A stretch of 64,000 bases of DNA from Azolla caroliniana (taxonomy: Eukaryota; Plantae; Polypodiophyta): contig JBHGNT010000008.1 of NCBI GenBank assembly GCA_043228905.1, positions 17,670,001 to 17,734,000 of the forward strand, in the 5' to 3' direction. The translations under genes were made by a program, and so were the position numbers. The notes beneath the pieces were generated by a model. That model searched no databases. It was not told where the DNA came from and saw nothing but the letters and a program-made list of their open reading frames with translations. Below, piece by piece: positions 48,108-60,023 of this stretch (the stretch's first letter is position 1; each line of letters starts with the position of its first letter).

Positions 48108-51100
48108 TTGTAATACAAAAAATATTATTTCCATTTATTATTTCACTTAACAAATCCATGTATATTCTAGATTTCTTTGGAACATTCTAGAAATGTCAAG
48201 AGTATTCCTAAAGCCACTATAAAAAGAGGCACATGGCATTATCGAGAACCAAATCAGTTCAACGCCAGTCTTAAGCCTCCTAGCTATCCTTGTTTATTCT
48301 TTTCACATAATATATCCTTTTGTTGTCATCATTCTCTCTCTCTCTCTCTCTCCCCTTTTTCTCGACTATTCTACACCCTCTTTTCCTCTTAGTACTAATC
48401 TTCATCTCTTAGTACTAATTCCCTCTCTGTTTCAGTACTATTCCGGACACTTGCGAATAAAAAATGAAGGCATTTCGCATATTCCAATTGAACCATAGCC
48501 CCCAATACCTCAAGAACTCAAAAATAATTTGAAAATAAGGCATCGGTTCATTGTTCTCCATATGTGCAAAAACCCAATTGAAAGAAGATAGACTTACTCC
48601 TGTTAGAGACATCCACACTAAACTGATACACCTCCAAACCATCATTGCCATCGGGCATGAAATAAATTGATGCCTACTATGTTCCAATTCCACCGAACAA
48701 AAGAAACACAATCCTTTAGTAATGTTTCTTTTTTTAATGCATCCCATAATGGTAAAGCTCCAACCATAATTCTCCAAATAAATACCTTGGCTCGTAGCAT
48801 CAATCGAGAACACCAACCTGCCTTGATCACATAAAACCACCATGTAATAGGCTTATGAAAACCCCATATCTTTATAACCCTTTCTTCCAACCACTTATGT
48901 TTGTCAATCAACTTGTGATAAGCAACATTCGTTGAGATCATAGTCAATCTCTTATTTCCAACAAACCTCTAATCAAGCTCTTGAGATCGCCCATCTTAAT
49001 CAGGAATTGGCTCATGCGAAGATAGTATTTGTTGCAACTTATCCCAAATAAAGTTATAACCTTTTGGAATACAAAATGTTGATCTTATTGTTCGAAAAAC
49101 CATTAATCTTCTTTGTGAAACCAACATAGCATCCTTAACTATTACCAAACCCAATCTACCCATCCAATTAAATTGAAGGTTAAGAATTTGTTTACCTTCC
49201 CATCTCAACAACCTTGATGTTGCCAAAACCTCCATTTGTAATGAATTGGCACATCCCCTTTCTTATGGGGGATGCCATTCCAGAAAATCCAACATACTTT
49301 GCCAAGATGTCAACAAATGATTAACTATCATAGACCTTGTAAATTTGACATCCTTGTTAAAATTAATTACATTCCACCAATTCGCTTCAACCTTCATGTT
49401 TCCAATCTTTATTCCGTTCTTCTCTATAAAATATGCCACCATTTCTGTCCAAGGTTGTACACCTTCAAACATGAATCGAATGAAAGTAAATCGACGAACC
49501 ACCATATGATCATATAGATTCAATATTGATGCCTCACCAAGATGCTTCGGAATACAAACATGATCCCATGCCAACCATGACAAGGCACTTTTCCCTTTTC
49601 TTTTCCATAACAACATTCACATCGAGTGTGACAACATTTCAAGAGCTTTCTTTGACCATGGGATCAAAGGAAGATAATGAGATACCATAGAGACCATAAT
49701 CGATTGGACCACCTTAAGTCGTACATGAAAAGGCCAAAATTGAGACCTTCAATACATAAACTTATCCTCCGACCTCTTGGATACCCACTCAATAAGTTTG
49801 ACATGAGAAACTTCCACCCCAATTGGATATACGGACAAATTTATGTATATTAATTCTTAACCTTGAAGCATTTGAAAACAATTCCCACACATCTCTTGTC
49901 TTACTAATATTTTCCCGATTAGGTGCCAAAAACATAATATGATCATCTGCGAGAGCTTGAACAATACATGGCTTCCTTGATGGCCACCTTAGTCCAAGAA
50001 ATTCTTCCCCCATAGCCATATTGTACAACTTAACAAGAATAGGATGTGTCACAATAGTGAATAGTAAAGGACTTACCGGACATCCTTGTCTAACTGACCT
50101 CCGAATAGAAATCGGTTGTGTTACTCCTCCATTAAACATCACATGTGAAACCGAACCCTCCCCTAATGTGTATATCAACTTAGACATACGATCACCAAAA
50201 CCCATCCGAGACATCAATTGATTTATAAATAACCAATCCACATTATCATAGGCTTTCTCGATATCCAATTGTAGCAACACTAATTCTTGTTTAGACTCCT
50301 TTGCATAGTCAATTGTCATTTGAACATTTAAAATATTATGTAAAATGTCTCTTTTTGCTAAAAACCCATATTGAGCATTATGAATAATAGAAGGTAAAAC
50401 CTTATGCAACCTATTAGCCATCACTTTTGCAAAAATCTTGTACATTCCCCCCATCAATGAAATAGGCCTCCATTGAGAAAAGGAAGATGGAGAAGGCACC
50501 TTTGGCAAAAGCTTTATCAAACCAATATTCCAAGAATGAGGCATTTCCCCTAATGTCCTCACCTTCTGAAATAAAACCGTAAAAGGCCCCTTTAACTTAA
50601 TCACATATTTCTTAAAGAGTTCATGTGTTAATCCATCGCATCTAGGACTCTTATCATTAGCAAGATGTGACATGACATGTTCCACCTCATCCTCTGAAAT
50701 ATTAGCATCTAATGATTGTGCCACATCATGCGATACATGATTTTTCACTCCATTAAAAAAATACATCTCTATCCTTTTTAACATTATCATTGATACACAC
50801 TTGTACATCCAACAATTGTGTATAATATTCTATGCATTTCTTCACAAGTTTTTGAGGATCAGAACACATGATACATTTTTCTCTAACCTTACCACATTAT
50901 GTCATGCATGTGATTCATGAAGGTCATGAAAAAACTTATGTGATTGACTATTAGCAACATCCACTTTTTGTCTTAGACGATGTAGTCTAGCATGTTGATA
51001 ATTTTTTGTCGTTAGATCATGCATCGCAGAAATTAATACCTCTTGATTTCCCATCAACTCTACATCCGTTGGCCAATCAGTTAACAATGAGTTGCATTTA

Positions 51101-51493
51101 TCAAGCAAATAAACTAGGAGACTTAATTTCTTTCTCCTTTTAAAAGCATGGTGAATTCCATAATACATAGTTAACCTTTGAACATTTGCAACAAATACTT
51201 CCCATGCTTCATACCCATAAAATTGAACACGGTAGGTAAATGCATCAATCAATTGACACATATAGGCATGGAAGACCTCATGATCCAAAAATGATGAATT
51301 AAAAATCAACGGTGGTTTTCTTAAAAACTCATGAAAAGCTCTAATTGAGTGGTGAGTGAATTAAAAAATTAATGGGAAATGATATGATATAATTGACCCA
51401 TAAGACACTGAAATATCCAAAATCTCTGGTAAAAATCCTTCGATATGCATTACATACATTTGATCCAACCTACTCCAAGTATCCTTATATTGA

Positions 51494-51534
<41 letters not shown>

Positions 51535-51638
51535 TGAAAACACACAATTATTTTAATAAATGTGTGTGAAAAACACTACTTACAATGAGTGTGACAATGA
51601 ACTATGGTCACCCACTAGCTACACTACATGGGTAGTGG

Positions 51639-52132
51639 TAACAATCGGCAATGGTTCGGTTTGAACCGAATCGAACCGCGAAACCGCGGCTTAATAGCTT
51701 AACAGTTTCAATGGTTCAGTTCAGGTTTAGGTTTTTTTTAACGGTTCGGTTCGGTTTCAATAGTTAGAAACCGCGGTTTAAACGGTTTAACGGTTTATTA
51801 ATTTTTTTAAAATTTTAAAAAGAAATTTTTTAAAAAAATTAAAATTTTAAAAATTGTTTTTAAACAATTTTTTCATTTTTAGACCTTATTCTTACATTTT
51901 AGGAACATCTTAAAAATGTTGAAAAATTAAAATAATGAAATATTATAAATTTTAAAAATTAAAAATTAAAATTTTTGACCTAAGTTGAAAACTGAAACCG
52001 AACCACGAAACCGCGGTTTTTTCGGTTTAATGGTTTAACGGTTTCATGGTTAAGTTTGGTTTGGTTCAGGTTTCAAAAAATTTAAACGATTCGGTTTGGA
52101 CCCGAAACGAACTGAACCGTTGCCGATTGTTA
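51639..52132. mobile_element. hAT-superfamily MITE
   Basis: TIR TAACAATCGGCAAYGGTTC; perfect 8-bp TSD GGTAGTGG; subterminal AAACCG repeats; AT-rich core. Confidence 0.92.
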
Positions 52133-53294
52133 GGTAGTGGAACATGTTGAATTTGCAATTGGCAAGACGAACGCTCCACTAGGGAAAGAATTTTCACTTG
52201 CTCGAATAAAGAAAATTGTCACATTAGTACTCCCTTCAACTTTCGTAGATAAGCTTTAACTACATGCCTACCATCAAATATAAAAGCATTGCGCATATCC
52301 CAATTATGACGCAATCTTCAATATCTCAAATATATGAAAATGATCTCCATCTCTGAGTTTAGGTCAACCTATGTAAATTGTGCAAATACCCATTGTCTAG
52401 GTGTTAAGTAACACCGTGATAAAACTTGCCAATTTTGAGAAAAGTAACTCCAAATCTGACAAGGAATCAGACATTGTATAAATCGATGAGTACTATCTTC
52501 CATTTGAACAATGCAAAAGAAGCAATTACCCGTTGTTAGTCCACGACGCTTTAGAGCTAATCCCATAGGCAATCCTCCAATCAAAACTCTCCAAATGAAA
52601 ACCTTTCCTAGAAGTGGCAATTTAGAATACCAACTACGTTTCAAGATCTACCACCACCCACAATCAAATTTGTGTATTGTCCACTCTTCTTCAGCCTTAG
52701 ATGATACCCATCCAAGAGACTCAATAGAGCAATGATACAAAAGATTAGTAGACACTTATAACAACGACGTCTGACCCCGTAAACACTAATCAATCCACGA
52801 TTGTTCTCTTGTATGTAGAGGTAAAGGACCTTGCATCAATCCAATATTTTGCAGTTGTTGCCACATAAACCCACCCATAATTTGGTGGGTTGCATAATAA
52901 TTGTCGCTTTGTCGTGAAGATTTTCGGCAATAGTGTGAAAATCCCATAAAACGTACGAAATCGAGTATGAATCACATAATACAATAATTGTGAAGATAAC
53001 ATTTTAAATAAATTTAATATTTAAGTACAAAATGATGGAGGTTTTGAATGCACTTTATTACATGAGAAACAGACAACTAAATGTCAAGATATGAGGGTAT
53101 AAAGTTTGCGAAAGGAAAAGAGAAAATTGTGAGATATCCCACATAGGCATGACAAATACGACTCTCATCATATATAAGGTAGAGCAAAAGATATTATCTT
53201 TGTGTCTATGTGTGGAGCATAGAGAGTTCAAGGTAACTTGAACTAAGTGTGGAGGTGGGCTAGCTACTCGTAAAGGGTTTTGGCCAACCAAAAC

Positions 53295-53715
53295 CGGATC
53301 GGCGATGGAGCCGGTGATCCGGCGCCAGTGAGACACTGGCATCCGACGGCAATCCGGTGACGTTATCCGGCGACGGTGAGACGACGACATTCGGCGGCGG
53401 CACCGATATCCGGCGATGGCATCCGGCGGCGGCACCGGTATCCGGCGATGGCATCCGGCGGCGGCACCGGTATCCGATGGCATCCGACGTCGGTGAGACG
53501 ACGACATTCGACGACGGCACCGGTATCCGACGGCAACCGGCGACGGCATCCGACGTTGGTGAGACGACGGCATCCTGCGAGGCACTGGTAACCGACGGCA
53601 TCCGACATCCGGTGTCGGTGATACGACGACATCCGGCGGCGGCACCGGTATCCGACGGCATCCGGCGAGGCACCGGTAACCGACGGCATCCCACGAACAG
53701 ACGTCCGGTGACTAG
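53295..53715. repeat. GC-rich minisatellite in the 5' LTR (shorter version at about 60480-60640)
   Basis: Repeated units ccggcgatggcat / ccggcggcggcaccggtat / ggtgagacgacg. Confidence 0.85.
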
Positions 53716-53750
53716 ATAAATAAATATATAAATATATGTATTTACAAGGA

Positions 53751-53820
53751 GGGCAAGTAAGGATTCAAACCTTGCACCTCCGAGTTAGGAGTCAATTGGC
53801 TTACCATTAAGCCATACCAT
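53751..53820 (-). ncRNA. tRNA-like Pol III module in the gypsy LTR (second copy 60677-60746)
   Basis: TGGCTTAATGGTAAGCCA (A box/D arm) ... AAGG TTTGAAT CCTT (B box/T arm); no acceptor stem. Confidence 0.6.
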
Positions 53821-54289
53821 TTAGTTGAATTTATATTTCTATCATTGTACTTTTACATGTAAATTCTCATACATGAGAGCTAAAAATGAGTGACATGGTT
53901 ATCGTGCACCACATGCAATATATAAGCGCCAAATGGCAAACATGCATTTTATGCATGTCTTGTACCCTCACATGCACCATATGCATGAGAACATCTATAA
54001 AAGAAGGAGGGGGGAGGAGAAAAAACACGTTTTTTTGGGTTATGAAATTAAGAAGAAATTCGTTATCAAATTGATCGTGTAACTTGTTTCTTAAATCCAA
54101 AGATAAAAGTTCAATCAATCTCTCTCAATCGTTAGATCTCAACTTCTCTCTTTCCCAATCTATCTTAAGTACTTTCTCGCTAAAGCTTGCGCCAAAGCTT
54201 GTATCGACTTTGAACCCTTCCGGTCTAGAACCCCGGCGGTTCCGCCTCACGATCCGCGCGTAGTGACGGATCTTCACGACATAATTAAG

Positions 54290-54307
54290 TGGTGAACCCG
54301 ACGTGAA
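54290..54307 (+). promoter_or_regulatory. Primer-binding site complementary to tRNA-Trp
   Basis: TGGTGAACCCGACGTGAA is the reverse complement of the plant cytosolic tRNA-Trp 3' end (TTCACGTCGGGTTCACCA, recalled from memory). Confidence 0.8.
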
Positions 54308-56603
54308 AGAGGCGGTAGGAAGGATCAAGTCGAGATTAATACTTGGAGATGGCGTCCTCAAGCAACCAAGCGGGAGAGCTCGAAAGGATGATGCTAATCG
54401 TCGAGCAAATGATGAGATCTCGGGACAACGACGCGAGCATGGAGAAGGCTGTTGATCGTGTCGTAGAGCCTGAGGACCAATTCGATGGAAGGAACGTTAC
54501 GAAGTTCCTTGATGCATATAGAAGGGAGATGAATCAGAGGGACGTGTCCGAGGCACGTCAAATCGCAAGCTTCAAGAGAGTTGTCGCCAACAACATCCAA
54601 AGACGCGTCATCGAGCTTCAAGAAGGTAAGACTACATGGTCCGAGTTCGAGAAAACGATACTAGCGGAGTTTGTGACTGAAGACTCAACGAGGATGACTC
54701 GACATGCCCTGATGAAGTGGATAGAGAAGAAGAATAAGAAGATGAGCGTCTCGAGGGTGTACGACGAATTCGACCAGATGTTTAGTCGTCTCCCCAATAC
54801 GGACCAAGTGTTGCTTAAAGAGGACAAGACTTTGTACTTCTTGAAGACCGTGGACATAAAGGATAGACCGTTGGGGACTCTTCTCGAAGATGATACTCAA
54901 GTAAATGGGCTCGTAGCGGACTGGATCGCGGTGAAGCGGGCATGCAATAGGCTCGACAAGCGTCGCCAATGGGTTGATGACACCGTCTTGACAGGATCGA
55001 CTACCACGGAGAAAGCAAGACCGCCGAAAGTATCTGAGCCACCAAGACAAAGTAACGTGGAAGAAAAGAAGATTGATGACGACATCATTGAAGAGTTAGC
55101 GAAGAAGTTTGAGAAGGTCACGCTAGCCAACATGAATCGTCGGGGCCCTAAAGGAAAAGAACCCTTTAGATGCGTGTGGTGCGATAGCATGGACCACATG
55201 AGAAGGGATTGTGCGAGCCTTCGAGAGGCGATTCGACAAAATATCGTATACATAGAGGACAACATGATCTGGTCAATGCGAGACTAGAAGACCCCTACGG
55301 GTGAATTTCGGAAGAGGAGGAATGAATAAATCTATGGAGGATGCCGATGCGACTCATGTGGATGCGATGCACTATGCTGCGTCAGCTGGAATAAGAGTCA
55401 GGAAAGACAAGACCGAAGCTGCTAGAGCGGGAGCAAAGTTTTGGACTTCTGTTCTCGAATATGAGAAGAAGGCAAAAGTCACATCGAACGAGGTAGAGCT
55501 TGCGGACCGAAGCGTGCAAAGCATAACCAGGTGGTCGGATCCGGTGGACGACAACACCATACTCGCAGAGGTGATGTGCGACAACCACGAGGTGTTCGTC
55601 GAAGAAAAGAGAAAGAGAATAGAAGAGAATAGAAGAGCAAGGCCCATCAAAAAGACATGAAACAAGGAACGCGAAAAAGAAGGACGATGCGGAGACGAGT
55701 CGACCTTTACAAATGGAGGAACGAGAATCAAGCCGAAAAGGGGAACCGAGCATATGAGTTGAAGAAACGGTTCGGCCCGTGAAGGTTGGTGTCGAAGACC
55801 CCGCTCGGAGGACAAGGACTATACCTACCTATAAGCTAAGGTTGGACATAGAGCAGACGACGGACCTAAAGAAGATTCTCGAAGAACGAGTTCTTGATAG
55901 CCACGTAACTTTGTCCTTGAGGGAATTGCTTGGCATTACGAAGAAGGAGTTCCATGACACGATCGTGGACCTTGTAAAGAGAAAGAGACAACAATCGGAC
56001 GAGGAAGAAGAGAAGCCGCAAAAAGCAAAAACGAATGCCATAACGATGGCAAGAGACGAAGTCGATGAAGATATGGTGGACAGCCACTATACTCGACCTC
56101 ATTGGGCACGAGCGACAACGGAGACGCCGGTGAAGATCGGGGAGAAGAAAGAGACCGTGGTAGCCTTGATTGACCACGGCTTGGAGATCAACCTCATGTC
56201 AACCGACTTCTACAAAAAAGGAAGATGGCCAATCAATACAAACCACGGATGGAAGATTCGCGCGGCAACAAAGTCTACGGAGGACTTGTACGGAGCTTGT
56301 CCCAATATCAAAGTCACGATCGGGGATGTGGAGATGGATCAACACTTCTTCATACAAGAATCGGCGTCGCATCTTGTCATCCTAGGGCAACCTTATATCA
56401 CATCATCTCGGATGGAGACCAAAGTGTTCGATAATGGAGCAGCCTTCGCACGAATAAAGAGTCTTGACAACCAAAGATCGGTCCAATTCCTAACGGTGCG
56501 AGCCAATCATGAAAGGAATCGAGATAGTCTCGGAGGCTTTTAGAGCGGACTAGCATGGGGCACAAATAGTCCGAGCAATCACAAGACCCCACAAGAAAGA
56601 AGA

Positions 56604-58631
56604 GTGCGTGGATTGCAAGGAGAAGCAACATGTGTCACACCTAGTGGCGCATATAAACTAGTACTACCCGACAAGAAGCACAAGCACCGGATACAAGAAT
56701 TCGAGAAGATGCTGAAAGAAGAAAACATAATAGAAGAAGGAGAGTTCGTGACTCATATTATGGAAGAAGCCTCATTTAACGACACCATCGGCGAAATCGA
56801 GGACGTCGTGGACTTGAGCTATCTTCACAACCAACGCGTGATTTTGGTTAACTCCGTCAACATGTATGCTATCATCGATGAATACCGTCGTGGCATCTCG
56901 ATGAAGGAAGCTGACATCAACACGAAATATAAAACGGTGGATAAGAAGATCAAGCCAGTTGCGGCTCTGCTACCGGAAGATAGCTGGCAAAAGATGAAGG
57001 AAGTCGCTAACAATCCAAGCTTAAGAGATTCGAAGAAGATAGGTCATGTCTTCACCAAAGAAATGAAGGGGAAGCTACGAGTTGGAAAGGAGGATTTCCT
57101 TCTCCCTGAAGAGGAGCGAATGTTTCGCGATATGCTTGAGAGACATGGGAAGGCTTTCGCATTCTTCCCACGGGAAATCGGATGCGCCGACCCAAAGGTT
57201 ATAGAGCTGATGGTGATCTTCACGGTGCCTCATGTGCCTTGGAATTTGAAACCGATACCGGTTCCGAGAGCACACCTTCCGAAGCTGATCGAGCTCTTAA
57301 AGGAGAAGGTGAGTATGGGAATTCTAGAACCGTCGAATGTTCCTTATTCCAATAGGTGGTTCACAGTGCCGAAGAAGAATGGATCATTGCGATTCATCCA
57401 AGATCTTCAACCCGTCGACAAGGTGACAATTCGAAATGCCGGAATCGGTCCGAGCGTGGACGAATTTGCTGAAGCATTTGCGGGCCGGTCCATCTACTCC
57501 ATTGGCGATCTCTACTCCGGATATGACCAATTCCAATTGGCGATTGACAGTCGGGATATTACAACCATGAGGACTCCGATCGGGCTTGTTCGGATGTGTA
57601 CCTTACCCCAAGGTGCAACGAACTCGGTGGCTCATATGGTGAATGCCATGAATAAAGTCTTGAAGGATTGCATTCCGGACATCACGATGCCATTCTTGGA
57701 TGATATTCCGATAAAAGGATGTTCGGATGAGGAGAAAGATGAATCGAAAGATAAGGAAGGTTGTAGAAAGTTCGTTGCGGATCATATGAAAAATTGTGAG
57801 AAGGTGCTTCAAAGGCTTGAAGATGCGAATTTGACATTTTCGGGAGAAAAATCCGCATTCGGGCAACCGGAGATCTTGGTGGTAGGTCACTTGTGTGGAG
57901 CATACGGCTGGAAGCCCTCGCCATCCAAAGTGAACGCAATCCAAGACATGAAAGAAGAATGCGAAAACCAAACGGAGGTTCGAAGGTTCCTTGGAGCGTG
58001 CATGTTTTATCATATATGGATTCCTCACTACGCTCATGTCGCCGAACCGTTATATGGACTACTAAAGAAAAGAATGAAGTTCGAATGGCGAGATGAGCAC
58101 ACAAATGCGATGCGAAGATTAAAGAAACTGCTTCTTGAAGCTCCGACACTAAGGAAGGCCAACTATGCCGAAGGAAAACCAATTTACGTGACCGTAGATA
58201 CGAGCCAACCGGAATCGGGTGGGTCATCAATCAAGAAGGTGAAGATAATGCGCGATATGTCGTCCGGTTCGGAGCAAAGGTTCTCAGCGAACGACAACAA
58301 AGATATGCCCAAGTCAAGCGGGAACTTTGGGAGTATTGTGTCGGCAATGAAGACGGACAAAGATTACTTGATCGGGTCAGAAGTGATAATAGAGACAGAT
58401 TGTCTCCCAATTCTCGGAATGGTCTCGGGATGTGCGACCCCAGATCTTGCTATGCTAAGGTGGATCGCCTACATCAAGTCTTTAAACCCAGAGATCCGTC
58501 ACATTGCAGGGAAGAAGAACGCCATGGCTAACATGCTGTCGAGGGCAAGATTTTCAAACAGAAGTAACATGGTTTCGGAAGATGAAGATGTCACCCTCGA
58601 CTTCTTCAAGATGGCTCGATTGTTGGCGTAA
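56604..58631 (+). CDS. Reverse transcriptase-RNase H
   Basis: YSNRWFTVPKKNGSLRFIQDLQP, DLYSGYDQ, LPQGATNS, FLDDIP. Confidence 0.9.
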   Translation: MRGLQGEATCVTPSGAYKLVLPDKKHKHRIQEFEKMLKEENIIEEGEFVTHIMEEASFNDTIGEIEDVVDLSYLHNQRVILVNSVNMYAIIDEYRRGISMKEADINTKYKTVDKKIKPVAALLPEDSWQKMKEVANNPSLRDSKKIGHVFTKEMKGKLRVGKEDFLLPEEERMFRDMLERHGKAFAFFPREIGCADPKVIELMVIFTVPHVPWNLKPIPVPRAHLPKLIELLKEKVSMGILEPSNVPYSNRWFTVPKKNGSLRFIQDLQPVDKVTIRNAGIGPSVDEFAEAFAGRSIYSIGDLYSGYDQFQLAIDSRDITTMRTPIGLVRMCTLPQGATNSVAHMVNAMNKVLKDCIPDITMPFLDDIPIKGCSDEEKDESKDKEGCRKFVADHMKNCEKVLQRLEDANLTFSGEKSAFGQPEILVVGHLCGAYGWKPSPSKVNAIQDMKEECENQTEVRRFLGACMFYHIWIPHYAHVAEPLYGLLKKRMKFEWRDEHTNAMRRLKKLLLEAPTLRKANYAEGKPIYVTVDTSQPESGGSSIKKVKIMRDMSSGSEQRFSANDNKDMPKSSGNFGSIVSAMKTDKDYLIGSEVIIETDCLPILGMVSGCATPDLAMLRWIAYIKSLNPEIRHIAGKKNAMANMLSRARFSNRSNMVSEDEDVTLDFFKMARLLA

Positions 58632-58715
58632 GACCAGGACACGCAAACCCTCCACGCCTTCAACGACAACGAGTACGAAGGAGAGCGGTTACTCATCGGT
58701 AGATTCCTAAGAACA

Positions 58716-60023
58716 TTGACGACATATGCTTCGTTGACAAAGAAGGAGGCCCTACGGATCCGAAAGAAAGCTTACCGATACTTCTTGAAGGGAGGATTCC
58801 TTTGGCGACATCCAAAAAGAAGGACAGGAATACCACGTCGAGTGGTGGTAAAGAAAGAAGAGCAAGAGACGCTGATGACCGAATTCCATGAGAGTGCTTG
58901 GGCAGGTCATAGAGGAACATGGGCGACGTTCGAAAAGTTGAAGGAGAAGTACTGGTGGCCAAGCATGTACAAAGATGTACTCCATTTCGTGTCCACATGC
59001 GAAACTTGCCAAATATATTCAAATATACGTCATCGTGATGAGTTACAACCGACATACCCAGTCACCATACACTTCAAATGGATGGTGGATCTAGTCTTGA
59101 TGCCAATGGGAGTGGGACAAATGAAGTACTTAGCGTTGGCAAGGGAAGACTTGACAAATCAAGTGGAAGGACGAGCCTTGACAAATAAGACGACTTTAGC
59201 CGTTTGCAAATTTCTGCTTGAAGAGGTTGTTTGCCGATATGGATGTGTAGGGAAGATAGTGGCCGACTGAGGGGAGTTGGACGCGCACGAAGTGACGGAG
59301 CTCTTCGAAAGACTAGGCGTGAAGCTCTCCCTCACGACTGCCTACAATCCGGAAGCGAATGGGAAGATCGAGCGAGGGCATGGACCTATCGTTAAAGCCA
59401 TCGTACGGGCATGCAACGGTCGAGTCGGGAATTGGCCACGACTATTACCCTATGCCTTGTGGGCCGATAGAACGACACATAGCTCGGTGACAGGGTATAT
59501 GCCGACGAAGCTTATGTATGGACAAAAGTCGATTATGCCCATCGAAAGGACGATTGCCTCATGGGTAGCGATACCGTGGGAGAACGAGATGAACCGAGAA
59601 GAGTTATTAGCGGCGCGGATAAGGCAACTTGAAAGAAGACCTGAAGATTTAGAAAAAGCGCGAAAGATGATGGAGGCAACCCGAGTAAAGAACAAAGTTC
59701 TGTTCGACAACATGCATCGACTTCGTCCCAAGAAGATTGAAGAAGGGGATTGGGTTTTGGTTTACGACAACACCCTTGACAATCAACACAGTATAACAAG
59801 GAAGTTCGCAAGAAGATGGTTCGGGCCATATGTGGTGACAAGTGCCAACGATAATGCCACATACCACCTTGCGGAACTAGACGGATCAAGGTTGGTCGTA
59901 CCCATTGCGGGAAAAAGAGTAAAGATTTTCAAGAAAAGACAAGACAAGGATCCTGACCTCGATCACCTCGACGATGAACATAATAGGGCGGATGTAAATG
60001 AAGACATGGAGGAATCTAATTGA
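58716..60023 (+). CDS. Integrase (in-frame TGA at 59268-59270)
   Basis: H..AGHRG...CETCQ, WMVDLV, YNPEANGKIERGH, RWFGPY. Confidence 0.88.

Larger units (their letters stand above)
39012..48449 (+). mobile_element. Tcn1-type chromovirus (Ty3/gypsy with chromodomain), degenerate
   Basis: 5-bp TSD CTTGC at 39007-39011 and 48450-48454. 3' LTR 48019-48449 after PPT AGGGGGGG. 5' LTR split (39012-39140 and 43079-43137). Gag 43219-44030, RT ([15 protein letters not shown]), RH ([10 protein letters not shown]), IN (YHPQTNGQ), chromodomain YEVDVILDSK..YLVDWLGY..TWEP. Confidence 0.93.
38742..51495 (-). mobile_element. L1/Tx1-like LINE-A (ORF2 RT + zf-RVT), split by the chromovirus insertion 39012-48449
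   Basis: RT 49789-50808 (WRPISL, LDIEKAYD, VRQGCPVSPLLF, ADD); CFFC...HQFISC. The frame continues across the TSD (AFIFYSQ|VGVRKYVLKLKGLLLWQL). Flanked by (CT)n on both sides. Confidence 0.85.

Noticed and set aside
51639-52132. AAACCG repeats as telomeric or iteron arrays
   Set aside because: Explained as hAT subterminal repeats, given the TIRs and 8-bp TSD.
53295-53715. CRISPR-like array, or genes from the many overlapping repetitive ORFs
   Set aside because: No unique spacers. It is a GC-rich minisatellite inside an LTR, and the ORFs are open only because the repeat lacks stop codons.
53751-53820. Functional tRNA genes (also 39028, 44385, 48035, 60677)
   Set aside because: No acceptor stem pairing and non-canonical anticodon arms; recorded as tRNA-like modules instead.
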